Positions 39,001 to 51,318 of a DNA stretch of 60,000 nucleotides are shown piece after piece. The stretch's first letter is position 1. Each line of letters opens with the position of its first letter. Below the pieces are notes generated by a model that did no database searches, was not told the DNA's origin, and saw nothing but the letters and a program-made list of their open reading frames with translations. A program made the translations under genes and the position numbers. Origin of the DNA: Amphiscolops sp. MND2022 (taxonomy: Eukaryota); contig OZ076409.1 of the NCBI GenBank assembly GCA_964187785.1, forward strand, positions 24,678,001-24,738,000, in the 5' to 3' direction.

Positions 39001-40737
39001 TTGTCACGATACCACATTCCGTCGTAGACATTTCCTGAAGGATATCTTCTATAGCCTCTTCCGTTTTTCATGTTACAGAACCATTCACCTTCATAAACAC
39101 TTTGCTGCATGGAATCATAATATAGAATTCCCTAAAACAAAGTTTACCAAAATTTATCAAAAACAAACCATTAATATTAAAAGGTTTTATATTATAACTA
39201 ATGAAAGTCGCTCATAAAATGAAATAAGATAGTAAACGGAGCTTACGTTGCCATGACGCTTGCCTTTATACCATTGACCAGTGTAGCATAGACCTTTTCG
39301 AGGACACGTGAAGGTTCCATTGCCATGTCTGAGCCCATTAAAGACCTCACCTTCGTAAGAACTAAAACAGAATTACAACGCATTTTCAAGTTATTGGTGA
39401 AAAAAAACACGAAAAGCCAGTTAATGAAATTGCTTCGCGTTCTAAACCGAAAAGCATCAAAGGTAAAACACTATTAGTTTTACCTTCCGTCTATCCACCG
39501 ATATAGTCCCTTTCCGGTGATGTGGTTATCAGTGAAATCACCTTCGTAAGTAACGCCATCGCTCCAAGTATACAAGCCCCGGCCATGCATTTTGCCTTTG
39601 TTGAACATACCCTGAAATTTTGCACTCCAAGTAACACGTAAAACAAACATCTGAATGGGATACACGGTTACGGTTAAATACCTTGTAACTATGACCACCC
39701 ACAAATTTCGCTTCTCCGTCTCCATGGTAAAGGCCATACTCTTTCTCACCAGTATAACTGAAACCAACAAAACTTAAACCTTAAAAAGTTCTTTGGAGAC
39801 TTACTACTAAAGTAGAAACCCTAATCATTTGGGCAAGATTGCTTATTGTCAGTGGGACCCAATTTTCAACTTAAACTTTGAACAAGCCGGGAACGGCATA
39901 AGTCGGCGCCATATCTAAGGCTGAAAAATAGCAATAGGACTTTAAAGTGTCCAGTATTCTCTTCTACAGTACCCGCGTGAGGAAAAAAATGAAAATTTCC
40001 GTTTTTGATTTTTTTTTCGTATTTTTTTGGTCTCCGGTACGTCGTGAATTGTGGTTTACGGCCGACCAATCAAATAAGCAAGTTAGAATAAACTTACTGT
40101 TCCAAAATGAGCTTCGTCAAAACAGGCTCTTCGAAATTGGACTGATCCACTGTCTTCGATTCGGTAATCTGAAACCAAACCCATTATAGTTCCAATTTTT
40201 TCATCAAATAAAAAGTAAGTATACATTAAGATAGCAAAAACCTAAAATTTGGATTCTTTCCTAGGAAGAAACATCATAAGAAAAAACTATTTTGCAGAAT
40301 AGCTTTAGCCTATAACATTTGTCACTGACTATTGAAAACACATTAACGTTCAAAAACCATGGCAATCAGCGATGTTGAAATTATCTCTACAATTAAACAA
40401 AAATTTGAAAAAAAACGCCGAGAGAACGGATACAAACAAAAGTGCCAAAGTCAATTTCATCCAATAAATTCATTCTAATTTCTACAAGTCCGACACTTAT
40501 TTCGGAGACTGTATGTACTAGGAGAAAGAAAGTGACCTCTGGAACGACTTCAGTGAGGGCGTTGGAGATGGCGTCTGCCATTTTCTCGCTGCTGTTGTCT
40601 GCGTTGGACACCAGACTGTTGGCAGCCAAGTTGCCGCCACCAGCTGCATCCGTGACGTCAGTGGTCGCCGTCTCAGCCCCACTTCTGTGCGTGTCGGCCG
40701 AATTGCGATCCTTTTTCTTCTTCTTATCCTTTGCCAT
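24014..40737 (-). CDS. RSPH10B: Radial spoke head 10 homolog B-like MORN-repeat protein, 18 coding exons, about 914 aa
   Basis: Phase-consistent exons: 40737-40537, 40168-40098, 39757-39682, 39611-39484, 39361-39247, 39131-38922, 37993-37817, 37746-37590, 37512-37385, 37310-37097, 36412-36271, 36047-35873, 35547-35374, 33507-33271, 31595-31494, 27031-26848, 26006-25884, 24144-24014 (2745 nt). Basic N-terminus MAKDKKKK, EEPVLTKLILE, about 10 MORN repeats (YEGxWxxGxxHGxG) and family motifs HTWFLRRLPGSQYPQRNQYYG, LHMLSDFKLIN, ELELTLLEFIECLL, WAQQVKCFFSRKLFPAFDH. AATAAA lies at 23950-23945. The low-complexity exons 15-17 are less certain. Confidence 0.92.
26405..26485 (+). repeat. tRNA-derived SINE-like head
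   Basis: A-box TGGCACAGTGG (26412) and B-box GGTTCGAATC (26456); no complete cloverleaf. Confidence 0.45.
28816..29948 (+). mobile_element. Complete copy of the abundant HINE/Helentron-like non-autonomous family (in an RSPH10B intron)
   Basis: 5' TTTAGTCGGCGC..GAGCCCGACT, internal AAAGGGTCCCCCCTTTCAG.. tandem modules including a ~240-bp duplication, and 3' GGCGCCGACTTTAGACGTTCTCGTCTTGTT. An empty paralogous site lies at about 30843. Confidence 0.8.
30741..31100 (+). repeat. Local duplicate of 28716-28815 + 29947-30050 + 30235-30368
   Basis: Near-identical text CGTTTGTCAG..GAGACGTCTA / TTCTGATTGTTGGAACC.. / CATTATCCATTTTG..; it lacks the HINE insertion. Confidence 0.85.
32133..32665 (+). mobile_element. 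HINE-family copy
   Basis: TTTTTAGTCGGCGCC ... GGCGCCGACTTGGGACGTTCCCGTCTTGTT. Confidence 0.75.
33693..34155 (+). mobile_element. HINE-family copy
   Basis: TTTTTAGTCGGTGC..GAGCCCGACT ... AGCGCCGACTTTAGACGCTCCCGTCTGGTT. Confidence 0.72.
34164..34692 (+). repeat. Dispersed ~520-bp repeat, copy 2
   Basis: Highly similar to 9449-9970. Confidence 0.85.
34862..35337 (+). mobile_element. HINE-family copy ending about 35 bp from an RSPH10B donor site
   Basis: TTTTTAGTCGGCGC ... GGCGCCGACTTGGGCCGGTCCCGGCTTGTT. Confidence 0.75.
36477..36927. mobile_element. MITE-like element
   Basis: Terminal inverted repeats CAGAGATGACC..TA / TATGGTCATCTGTG with TATAATAGAATT-type subrepeats in both arms. Confidence 0.55.
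38118..38250 (+). repeat. tRNA-derived SINE-like fragment
   Basis: A-box-like TGGTTTAGTAG and B-box GGTTCGAATC (38168), followed by GTCCTTAAACAAGTC resembling a SINE central domain. Confidence 0.45.
38270..38810 (+). mobile_element. 5'-truncated non-LTR retrotransposon (LINE) 3' end
   Basis: ORF 38400-38678 has the C-terminal CCHC finger CTLCG....DEYHLLFVC typical of LINE ORF2, then AATAAA and a (TCT)n tail at about 38793-38810. Confidence 0.75.
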
Positions 40738-41203
40738 GTCACCTCTGGAAAATCACTATTCTAAGTTAGCCATAGTGAACAAATTCTAAAGAAGTCTATC
40801 AATTTCATATTAATTTTGTTTTTTTTTAGATTCCAGTTGTGAATCTTCCTCAGTTGTAGAGATTCTTCGAAACTATTTCAATTTTTAAACTTTAAACTTG
40901 ACGGATGAATAAAATCTTAATTATAATTGAACTGAATCATTAATCAGTCCGTATCGCCAGAAAAAAAGTGAATTCTAATACTTGAATTCCACTTGACGCA
41001 AAAATTAACCGCCTATTTTTTCAGGGTGAAAAGTAAATTTTAGTTTTGAATAACATTGCACTTTACGCAGAAAAAGTAATGCTAATAATCTCTCAAGGCA
41101 AACAATCGATTTCTCACAGCAATGATCGTGCGAGACGAGACTTCAGTCAATGAAGCCTTCTCTTACCTGCCAAATTTGAGGTCACGTTTCTCGTTCCTTC
41201 CGA

Positions 41204-41760
41204 TTTTTAGTCGGCGCTTTTCTTAAGAAAAGAGTCGACTATAGTCATGGCTTTTCGTCAGTGTTTTTTGTTTTTTTTTAAGACAACCTGAACTGACCAA
41301 AATAGTTTTACCAAAAGTTCTACAAAATTCAGAAGACCCCAAAATGTACCTGTTGGCCCAAGGAACTGAACCAAAAAGGTTTCCCGCGTAACATACAATG
41401 CCGGACGAGACCAAAAGGTCCCCTCTTTAGATTTTTTAGGCACTGTGCGACTTTTTTTTCAAAAAAAAATCCCCACGAAAGGGTCCCCCCCTTCAATTTT
41501 TTGGTTTTGCAACAGATTGGATGTTGAAAAATCCCAAAGGGTCCTCCCTTTCAGTTTTTCTTGGAGTTTTGCAACAGAATGGATGTTGAAAAATCCCAAA
41601 GGGTCCTCCCTTTCAGTTTTTTTCGGCATTGCGAGACTTTTTTTCAAAAATTTTTTTCATCAAAGTAGTCCCAATTCACCAAAACTTGGAAATTTTGAAG
41701 TCCTTTTGCTATTTTTGAGCCTTGGATATGGCGCCGACTTGGGCCGTTCCTGGCTTGTTT
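41204..41760 (+). mobile_element. HINE-family copy immediately upstream of RSPH10B
   Basis: TTTTTAGTCGGCGC..GAGTCGACT ... GGCGCCGACTTGGGCCGTTCCTGGCTTGTT. Confidence 0.75.
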
Positions 41761-42589
41761 TATATTGCGGATATCTTCATTGTGACTAGATATTCAACAA
41801 TTTCAATGTTTCCATTTTTGGAGGTGCTGCGTTACGCCAACAGGCAATCGAAACAAGCCATTAGGACAAGAATGGTTATTTTGATTGGTTACTATTCAGT
41901 ATTGAAACCAATGGCGTTGACTACACGCTTATCAACCAATCAAATAATTCGAGTCTGCTTTTTGACTGGATGTATTTGATGGTCGGTTCAATGGTTATCG
42001 GCCTAATGCGCGCGTTTCCCATTTTTCAACAAGAAAACGCGAGTCATGTTTCAAAGCCATCATTCAGTGGATGGCACCAAATTCTTAGAAAGGGTCATAA
42101 AACTTGCCGGTTTCAACCAAGCAATCAAAACCGCGATATTCAAGTATTTGAAAACCACGATGACCTTCGCATTGCCGATGCTTTTACTTGATCAGTTATG
42201 AAAAAGTTATGACTTTCAAATGTATACTTTGCTCTAGATAATTAAAATATATAATATTCAACAATTTAAGAATAGTAATTTGAGATTTAAGCATCATTAG
42301 ACTAAATTTGTATCATCTACAGCTGAAAGGCACATGGCAAATGTTACCATGTCCATTTGGGGAAACAATTCTAGTATATTATTTGCCGCTAAAAACATCA
42401 TCTACTTCTCAGAAAACATTCTAAGCGAGTCCACCATAACCTTCAGCACTCCAATATGCTTCAACTTGCAGAAAACATCACATAAATATTGCAGAAACAC
42501 ATACAAACAGAGCAGGGATACAACTTCAATTTCGCATTATATATTTCATTTGGCTCAACAGTTTTGTGGCTTTTTCATTCAGATTTCAT

Positions 42590-42916
42590 TCAAGCAAGAC
42601 TACCGTCTTCACAATGTTCTGGTTGGTTCGAGAGGGTATGCGTCAGAAGGACTTTGCTGTTTTGTTCGCCCCCAGTAGGATTTGAAACGTCCTGAGAAGG
42701 CGAGAGAAAATCAGAGGTTGCTTCTATTATGTCGTAGGTAGAAAGGGTCAACAATGCAGAATGGGAAAGAGCTTTGGAGTTGAGAGGGTACCCGGAATCA
42801 GCAGGTGCCAAAGCATGATCATCATTCGAGGAGGCGAGTTGCTCACTACTGACCGCTGTAGATTTACCTTGATTCAAATTAAACTCCGACGTGGCTCCGC
42901 TTCTGGTAGTCGGTGA
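42590..42916 (-). CDS. Probable terminal coding exon of an unidentified Ser/Thr-rich, likely disordered protein
   Basis: Acceptor TTTCAG| at 42917 and an open frame SPTTRSGATSEFNLNQGKSTAVSSEQ...EDGSLA* with coding-like composition. Confidence 0.55.
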   Translation of the reverse strand, partial: SPTTRSGATSEFNLNQGKSTAVSSEQLASSNDDHALAPADSGYPLNSKALSHSALLTLSTYDIIEATSDFLSPSQDVSNPTGGEQNSKVLLTHTLSNQPEHCEDGSLA

Positions 42917-43868
42917 CTGAAATTACATGTATTTAAAAAGTTAGTTTATGTCGTGTTACTTTTCCTCGCCATACGAGTTTTGAACGCTTTGATCCACAGA
43001 GTTCAACAAAAACAAGAAGCTACTTCGCATATGTTTTCTGTATACAGAAATTTAAAGTTTGATTTTTATTAGAAATTTAAAATGTATTTTTTAATTTCGA
43101 CCGTTTTATGCAGTCGGAAAAATTTTAAAAAATTGCGGGTATGAACACTTGAACTACAAGCATAAAAACTCATTGACAAAACAAACAATTTGCTACTCAG
43201 AAAGTTTTTTCTTCAAAGAGAAAATGGATGTTTCATGATTTTTCCAAAGGGGCCCAAAAATGAACTTTTTCAAATGTGAAAATTTTTAGTTGATTTCAGT
43301 ACTATTTTTGAATGTTTTCGTGTGTATGAAAACCGGCGTAGTTCAACGACCACCAAATAAGCAATGTAGAACGATTTGTTAGACTCAGTTTCCCATGTTT
43401 TATGCAATTTTGGCACATATTTCGAATTTTTGATGAGTGCGTCCATCCAAAGAGTTAAATTACACAAAATTAGCCAATTAACGCACGTTTTTACTTCAAA
43501 AAAGATGAAAAATTTCCAAATTTTTAGTCACATGTTTCGTAGTTTATTGGTTTCGCTCACGATTTCAGAATTCGTCGACGCTAAACAAATTCGGGAGGGA
43601 AAATGTCTTGGCACTCAGCGGCATTCTTGTTTGAACATTCATTCAGCGCAATGAACATAGTGCTGCGAACAGTAAACGAAAACAGTTAACCCTAATTGAC
43701 CTGGATGTTTTCACAAATTTTCAAAAAATCTGAAAACAAATTTTAAATCATTAATATCTCCACAACTACACGTACCAGAGAAACGAACTATAGCGCGTTT
43801 GAAAGGCCCAGCTTTCAATTTGGTCAGATGACCCCTGTCGCCGCGCGCCCCATTACTCAGAACTTCAG

Positions 43869-44501
43869 TTTTTAGTCGGCGCTTCATGAAGTGAAACGCG
43901 ACTATTATAGTGACTTTTTTTTCTATCCACACGAACTGACCAAAATAGTTCTACAAAAGTTCTTTAAAATATTATTGCATCAAAATGCACTATTTGGTCT
44001 AGCGAACTGAACCAAAAAGGTTTTTCCTATTTTTCCGCGTAACATACCTTACCGCGCGAGACCAAAGACTCCCCCCTTTCATTTTTTTCGGCACTGCGAG
44101 ACTTTTTCGAAAAAAAATTTTTCCCCAAAGGGTCCCCCTGCATTTTTTTGATGTTTTGCGACAGAATGGATGTTGAAAAATCCCAAAGGGTCCCCCCTTT
44201 CAGTTTTTTTCGGCATTGTGAGATTTTTCCCGAAAATGAAAATTTTTTTCTTCAATTTTTTCATGTTTTGCGACAGAATGGATGTTGAAAAACCTCAAAG
44301 GGTCCCCCCTTTCAGTTTTTCGGCATTGTGAGACTAGCGCGCCACTCGGTCCATTTTTTTGAGTATGTAATTTTTTCGAAAAATTTTTTTTCAAAAAATT
44401 TCGATTTTCGAGTACTGTAAAAGAGTACTTGACACTTGGAAGTCTTTTTGCTATTTTTGAGCCTTGTATATGGCGCCGACTTGGGCCAGTCCCGGCTTGT
44501 T
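43869..44501 (+). mobile_element. HINE-family copy
   Basis: TTTTTAGTCGGCGC..CGCGACT ... GGCGCCGACTTGGGCCAGTCCCGGCTTGTT, with internal ~120-bp tandem modules. Confidence 0.75.
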
Positions 44502-46316
44502 TTCTGGTATCATCGCTTCGGGACCATTCCGCACTTCCTGCCGTGCGGGGGCTTGTAATAACAACAGGATACAATTAGGGTTTGTTGCACAACGACTTGT
44601 GAGAAAACTGGATGTCGCCAAAAACTGAGTTTTGGAAAAGTATAACAATTTTTTGTGCGAAAAAACATTTTTCCCAACTTTGGAGACATGTTTTAATACT
44701 TGTGCCATTCAGATCAACCTAGGTATCAATGAAATGTTGAAAAAACTGCTGAAAAATATGGGCTACGGGTAGGCTGCTGTAAAATACCACTAGGTTCATT
44801 AGTGTTAAGAGAGAACAGAAGTATTTTTTAATTTGAATCTCAAAAGGAATTTCTCAAAAAAAAATTCCCTCAAAAACAGTCCATACAATTTTCTAAACGA
44901 TATCTATTTTAAAACTAAAAAGGAGGAACGGCCCAAGTCAGCGCCCCGCTCAAAGTGAAAGTCTTGAAAGTATGCAAAAGGACACCAATATGAAAATTTC
45001 AGAAAAACAAAAAATACCCGGAAAACCCAAAACCCTTCAAGTCCGCAAAACGCTTTTTTCGGGCCGAAAACTTTTCAAAAAGTGAACTTAATACCCTTTG
45101 ACCAAATCAAAATTTTTTTGGAAAATCGCACAGTTCCGAAAAAAACACCAAAGGGTCTTTCGTGTACTTTTGCAAGCATTAAAAAAATGCAGGACTCGAA
45201 CCGATGCATTTCTGCTTCTCAGGCCCCGACACCAGGCCTGAAAAAATGCGTTAACAGCTAGGCCAAAAGGCGGGACCTCTTCCATATGAAATTTTTGAAA
45301 ATTTATAAAAGTGGACGCTTCAGAGTAGCAGACGAAAAAAACCTGCCACAGTAAGAGTCTGCTTTTCTTTTCAGATTAATCTCATAAATCTCACACCAGC
45401 CGAAGATATCACCGTTGCAACTCGAAAAACGGTTTTCCTTAGCGGAAAACAACTTTCTGAACTTTCTTTCGTGACAAACAACAAAAACGAGAATTTTGAA
45501 CAGTCTCATAGTGCCAGAGGGGGACCATTTGGGATTTTGAAACATCTATTCTGTTGTAAAATATCGAAACAATTATTGACGGGGGACCCTTTGGAGACAT
45601 TCTTCTATTTCATGTAAGAGGTTTGTTTTGGAAGCGTTCAAAATCAAGTACTAAGTACTTACAAAAGAAGCGCACAGAGAACAAAAGTGGACCGATCGCG
45701 TTGAACTGACGAAAAACTAGCCACTGTAAGATGCTTTCTAGTCGCCGGTTTTTATGAAGCAAAATTGCCCGACTCTTACAGTGACTTGAAGTGACTAACG
45801 CGACTATTATAGTTTTTTTTCAATCCACACGAACTGACCAAAATAGTTCTTAAGAGTTCTACAAAATTTTATGGTCCCAAATTGAATCATTTGGCCTAGC
45901 GAACTGAACCAAAAAAGTTTTTCCTCTTTTTCCGCGTAACATACAATACCATCCCCTTCAATTTTTTTGAAATTTTGCGATAGAATGGATGTTAAAAAAT
46001 CCGGAACGGTCCTCCCTTTTAGCGCGCCAATAATTCGGTCCAACTTTTTGGCTTTCCGGCTGCTGTAAATAAACACTTAACACTTTGAAGTCCTTTTGCT
46101 ATTTTTGAGCCTTAGATATGGCACCGACGTCTGCTGTTCCGGGCTTGTTTTTTCTCCAGACCGGTTTTTTCTCTCAAGTCTGGCTAGCGGAAACTTAGTG
46201 CAAAGGGTCACCCCTTTAATTTTGACTTTTTGAACGTAAACTACAAAACCGGACAAGACTAAAGGGTCCCCCGTTCGATTTTGCCGGAGCTGTGAGACTT
46301 TTTTCGAAACTTTTTA

Positions 46317-46804
46317 TGTTTCGGGGTAGCTCTCAAGCTACAACGGAGGAACTCAAGATAGAGTTCAAACTACTCAAGCTTTGATCTTGTCTCAGAACAA
46401 GAGGACTTTATTTGATAACGTTTATTGAAGGTATGAGTGATAAAGAAAGATGCAAGAAATGAGAAATGGGGGACTGGTTATGAGCTGGTTGTTAACCGAC
46501 AAATTAGGCATTTAAGGCCAAAGGGACAACAAAAAGGTCTCAACCGATTGTTTACATGTATGTAAAAACAAAGTTTACAATAGTGAGCAATGGATGGTAA
46601 ATATTGTACATGAAATGAGCAATGTAATTAATATCAAGCAATGTGATTGATCAATATTAAAGGTCAAAGAATGAATAAACAAAGAAACAAAGAGCACTGT
46701 CGCAGATTCGAACTCGCGCAGGCCGGTTCGAAGGCAAAGACTGATCCACTGTGCTAAGTGGACTAATAATTACTGCGCGATCTTTGTGATGTCATGCGCC
46801 AACA
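46317..46804 (-). repeat. 3' LTR of BEL/Pao element
   Basis: Direct repeat of 50481-50999, lacking a ~30-bp segment near its left end. Confidence 0.93.
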
Positions 46805-47329
46805 TCCCGCCGGCCATGAAGTCAAGCTTCATTGAATATATGGTTAGCACTCGTGCTATAATACAAATAGCAAATGTCATTTAAAGAGTTTGAGTCAAAG
46901 AGGACAAAACAAAATTTTGTGTTTCGGGGATTCGAAATTCAGACCTTCTGATGAGGGATTACTGAGTTCACCACTGCACCATCATCATCCATAAGGGGAT
47001 TGGGTATACTTTGGGTTTTTGAGTAGGGTGTGTGCGGCTGCAGTAAAAAAAAATTAAAAATATTGACTGGCTTCCTCCATTCTCTTCACACACTAAACCT
47101 CCTCCCTCGCCCCCCCTCCATCCCCCCGTGAGGAGAGTATCCAGATCTGAGCAAAGTTCCCTTAGGAAATTGGAGTCTACTCGCCAGAGCGAGAGGAGCG
47201 GGGCGTGTGCTCGGCTCGAACCTCCAACCTGGCGGCTCACATTGGATCACTGTCATTATGACGTGACCGCTGTACCGCTGCACGCAATTTCATTGCCGTT
47301 CGAGCTTCTACTCTTTGTGTGCATGACGT

Positions 47330-50300
47330 TCAACATTTGAATTGTGGAGTTCATTGTCCTTAACTGGTAGACGTCTCAGCTTGCTGACAGGCCTTGCGAA
47401 CGCGATGATCTCACCAATGCCACTCGTGCTGAGCCTCAATTGCATCACTCGACCAAAACTCCACTGCAGTGGTGGAATGCCATCGTCTGTGATCAGCACT
47501 ACGTCATCAACTGAAGGATTAGCACGTTCTTGTCGCCACTTGCTTCGAGGTTGGAGTGATGCTACATACTCAGAAGACCATCGCTTCCAAAAATGAGAGC
47601 AGCTGTTGAAGACTGCGAAATCGTTTTACTGGATGCCCTCGGGCATCCATCTTCTGCAAACTGGGTTGCGGGATAGCAATCAATCGGCTGCCATTGACAA
47701 GCATCGACGGAGTGATCGCAAAGACGTCATCTGGGTTGTTTGTGAGAGCCATCAGTGGACGATTGTACAATACTTGTTCTATTTGGCAAAGAATAGTTGT
47801 CATCTCCTCGTAGTTGAGAATGGAATTGCCCATGACTCTACGCAAGTGGTGCTTCATCGACTTCACCGCTGCTTTCCATAGTCCACCGAAGTTGGGTGAG
47901 TGAGGAGGAAAGAAGAGCCATTCAATGCTGCTGTATGATTGTGCCCCTGCCCGACTCACTTTCTCTAGTTCGTTGAGGTCACCCCTTGCACGCACGAAGT
48001 TGGCTGCATTGTGGGACACAATTTGACTGGGGATGCCTCATCTTGGAATGAATCGTCTTAGGGCTGTCACCATCGCTGGTTCGTTGCTGCTCCACTTGCG
48101 TAGTGGGAGACAGTTCTTGTTGAGGGTTTCAATCAGATTGTCTTGAAGCACGCATGCTTCCTCCAGTGTATCAGCCCCACTCAGTAGATCATCAACCCAG
48201 AAGTTGAGAATCACATTCACTGTGTTCGGATTGGGTCCGTGATTTTTGCCAATCTCTTGAAGTGCTCGTGTTGAATGGTAGGAGCTGGTAACACTATACG
48301 TCACACGAGTCATGCGCAATTCTCGGATCTCGTCTGTCACGTAGTGACACCACAGATTCGATGGAAGTCCCGATCTGATTCGTCTAAAGCCACTTGCCGG
48401 TGCAACTTCGCCACATCTGCCGATAATGCAAATCGATGGAGGCGAAATCGAATGAGAAAATCAAACACATCGTCCTTAAAGAGGGGTCCGAGCAATAGGC
48501 AATTGTTCAGCGAGTTGACATTCGGGGGGGGGGGGGGGCTAGTTGACCCATGTCCACAAATTCCTTGATGAAATCACGATACTGCTGCTTCACATCATCG
48601 TGATCCTTGAGTTTTCGTTCCAAGGCGAACAATCTGCTTGGCTGTTTGGAAGTTGTTCGAGAACGTGCCTCACAATTGAAAGGAAGACGAACAGTGATGC
48701 GGCCATCATCGGCAACATATGTTGTTGTATCGTAACGCTCCACACATTGACGATTTTCTTTGGACATCGGCTTCACTCGAGGAATCTCTTCAACTTGCCA
48801 GAAGCGAGCAAGATCTAGATCCACTGCAACTTGGAAGGATTGACATTGGTAGGCACGCTCTTGGGACAACACTCCAGTGAACACCCAGCCGAAGATAGAC
48901 TTGCGATAATGAAGCCCATGAGCCTTCCTCCTTTCGTCCAGAAAGAGATCCTCGTACACATCCGCGCCCAACAACACATGAACGGGGCATGGTTGATAGA
49001 AATTTTCGTCAGCTAATGCTACACTTTTCATTGATTTCAATTGTTTCAAGTTAATGGATTGAGAAGGTATTTTACCTGCGATTGAGTTCAGCACTGGTGC
49101 TGTCACTGGCAGTTTTTGAGGACCAATCACGAGATTGACTAACTCCTTTGCTGCTTGTTGCCGTCCACCAATCCCTGAGATCTTCACTTCAACAATTGAA
49201 CGGGCGATGTTGAGTTTTGATGCTGCATCCGCTGTGATGAAGGATGTTTGAGACCCAGAGTCCAGCAAGGCTCGAAACATCATTGTCTTTCCCGCTGCAT
49301 CATCTATGCCAACCATTGCGGCAGCTGAACTCCGATGAACAGTCAGCCAGGAAATGCCACCCCAGACAATTCATGTACAACAGTTTGAGCTTCCTCACCA
49401 CTGCCTTCTCACGCGTGCTCAACTGCTTGTAGCGACCACACTGAGAGATTAAATGTGACCCACTGCATTCTTTCATCTGACAACTCGCTGCGTGCTCAAC
49501 AGTTGAGGAGTACGCTTTTTGATGCACCTTTTTGGGCGTCGTCTTGAGGGTAGAAACCTCAGGCTGGTCACCACTGGATTCCAAAGCGCGGCTTCGTCTA
49601 TCCATGAATGTAGTTAACTCCTTGAATGTTAACACATCTGTGCCGGGATGAGCCAATTCAAACTGCTTCCTTGATTCAGCATCTAGTTTCTCCAGCAGCC
49701 AGTACACTAGTATTGCATTTCATTGATTGACGGGAAGCCTCAAAGCTTCTGGTGCTTGCACATGTTCGTTCGTCGATTCCAACAGTTTTCGCAGCTCGAC
49801 ACTTGACTCCCTCTTTATGGCTGGTAGGGCATGAATTGCAGCTAAGTACGCCTTCACAATTGAACGCTTGTTGTTGTAGCGCTCCTGTAACTTTCGCTTC
49901 GCAATGTCGTAATTTGCATCAGTGACGAAACTATCTGAGCTGCATCACCCTTCAGTGACAACTTGAGGTATATGATAGCTTCTCAACGTTGGCCATGTCA
50001 ACTTTGCTGTCAACCAGTGTTGTGAATTGGTCCCAGAAAGACCCACTGTGTGTATTCACCACTGAAGGAAAGAAGGGTCAACTTGGGGAGCTTCGTGGTC
50101 AGACTGCCACTTGACGGAGCTGCTGCGCCGCTCGAGCTTGGAGGCTGCATCTTGATCTTGCGCTGACACCACTTCACTGCCCTTTCGGCTGGCATGAACA
50201 CGTCAGTAGCTTCCTCCACATCGGCTACAAACTCATCCTCGTCTTCAATGAGTAGTTGAATCTGAGAACCCAACTCTGTCAGCATCTTGTGACGATCAAT

Positions 50301-50400
50301 CAGGAATTCCAATGTGGCTTGGACATCCTCGAGCGCTCCACCGGCTTGCTGATGCCCGTCTTGTGAGGACGCCACGATGAGCACCTCTTGATCGCTTGAG
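47330..50400 (-). pseudogene. BEL/Pao gag-pol remnants
   Basis: Frameshifted ORFs 50010-50384, 49300-49707 (Cys/His knuckles), 48507-49316 (protease), 48038-48340 (RT fused to integrase), 47570-48019 (integrase) and 47308-47499 (PPLQWSFGRV C-terminal motif). Confidence 0.9.
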
Positions 50401-50480
50401 CTGAGGCAACTTCAACACACCACCAGAGTTGTCTGAACTGCCTGGACGATCTGCTGTTGACATCACGTCGAGGTCACCAA

Positions 50481-50999
50481 TGTTTCGGGGTAGCTCTCAA
50501 GCTACAACGGAGGAACTCAAGACAGTTCGAACTAAAGAGATTGAGGGAACTCAAGATAGAGTTCAAACTACTGAAGCTTTGATCTTGTCTCAGAAAAAGA
50601 GGACTTTATTTGATAACGTTTATTGGCGGTATGAGTGATAAAGAAAGATACAAGAAATGAGAAATGGGGGACTGGTTATGAGCTGGTTGTTAACCGACGA
50701 ATTAGGCATTTAACGCCAAAGGGACAACAAAAAGGTCTCAACCGATTGTTTACATGTATGTAAAAACGTTTACAATAGTGAGCAATGGATGGTAAATATT
50801 GTACATGAAATGAGCACTGTAATTAATGTCAAGCAAAGTGATTGATCAATATTAAAGGTCAAAGAATGAATAAACAAAGAAACAAAGAGCACTGTCGCAG
50901 ATTCGAACTCGCGCAGGCCGGTTCGAAGGCAAAGACTGATCCACTGTGCTAAGTGGACTAATAATTACTGCGCGATCATTGTGATGTCATGTGCCAACA
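50481..50999 (-). repeat. 5' LTR of BEL/Pao element
   Basis: Adjacent to the PBS; begins TGTTGGCAC on the minus strand. Confidence 0.93.
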
Positions 51000-51318
51000 T
51001 TTTAAATGTCTCCAAGGGTCCTCCCTTCGAGTTTTTTGATATTTTGCAACAAAAGGAACATTAAAAAATCCGAAAGGGTCCCCCTTTCAGATTTCTCGGC
51101 ACTATGCGACTGTTTCAAAGTTCTCATTTTTGTCTGATATTAGGTTCTGTCAATATATATTCAATAATTTTTTCAATACTTTCCGAATTTCTGACTAAAT
51201 ATCCGAAGTGCTATATCCAAACTTTTGACGTTATATCCGAACTATATTGCGGTTTATTTAGGAGGAGGTGGAGGTTCGAAAACAGGAGTTTTTTATGAAA
51301 ACGTCCTACGCATATCTT

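Larger units (their letters stand above)
46317..50999 (-). mobile_element. BEL/Pao LTR retrotransposon, internally deleted and decayed
   Basis: TG..CA LTRs at 46317-46804 and 50481-50999, TSD TTTTA (46312-46316, 51000-51004) and PBS TGGTGACCTCGACGTGAT (50479-50462, tRNA-Trp type). Gag KLPKLTLLSFSGEYTQW, protease RALLDSGSQTSFIT, RT FWVDDLLSGADT and integrase PPHSPNFGGLWKAAVKSMK. Confidence 0.95.

Noticed and set aside
44510..44560. GC-rich stretch considered as an intermediate exon of the 52922-42590 gene
   Set aside because: It forms a hairpin (CCGCAC..GTGCGG) followed by CTTGT, better explained as the 3' end of another HINE-like element.
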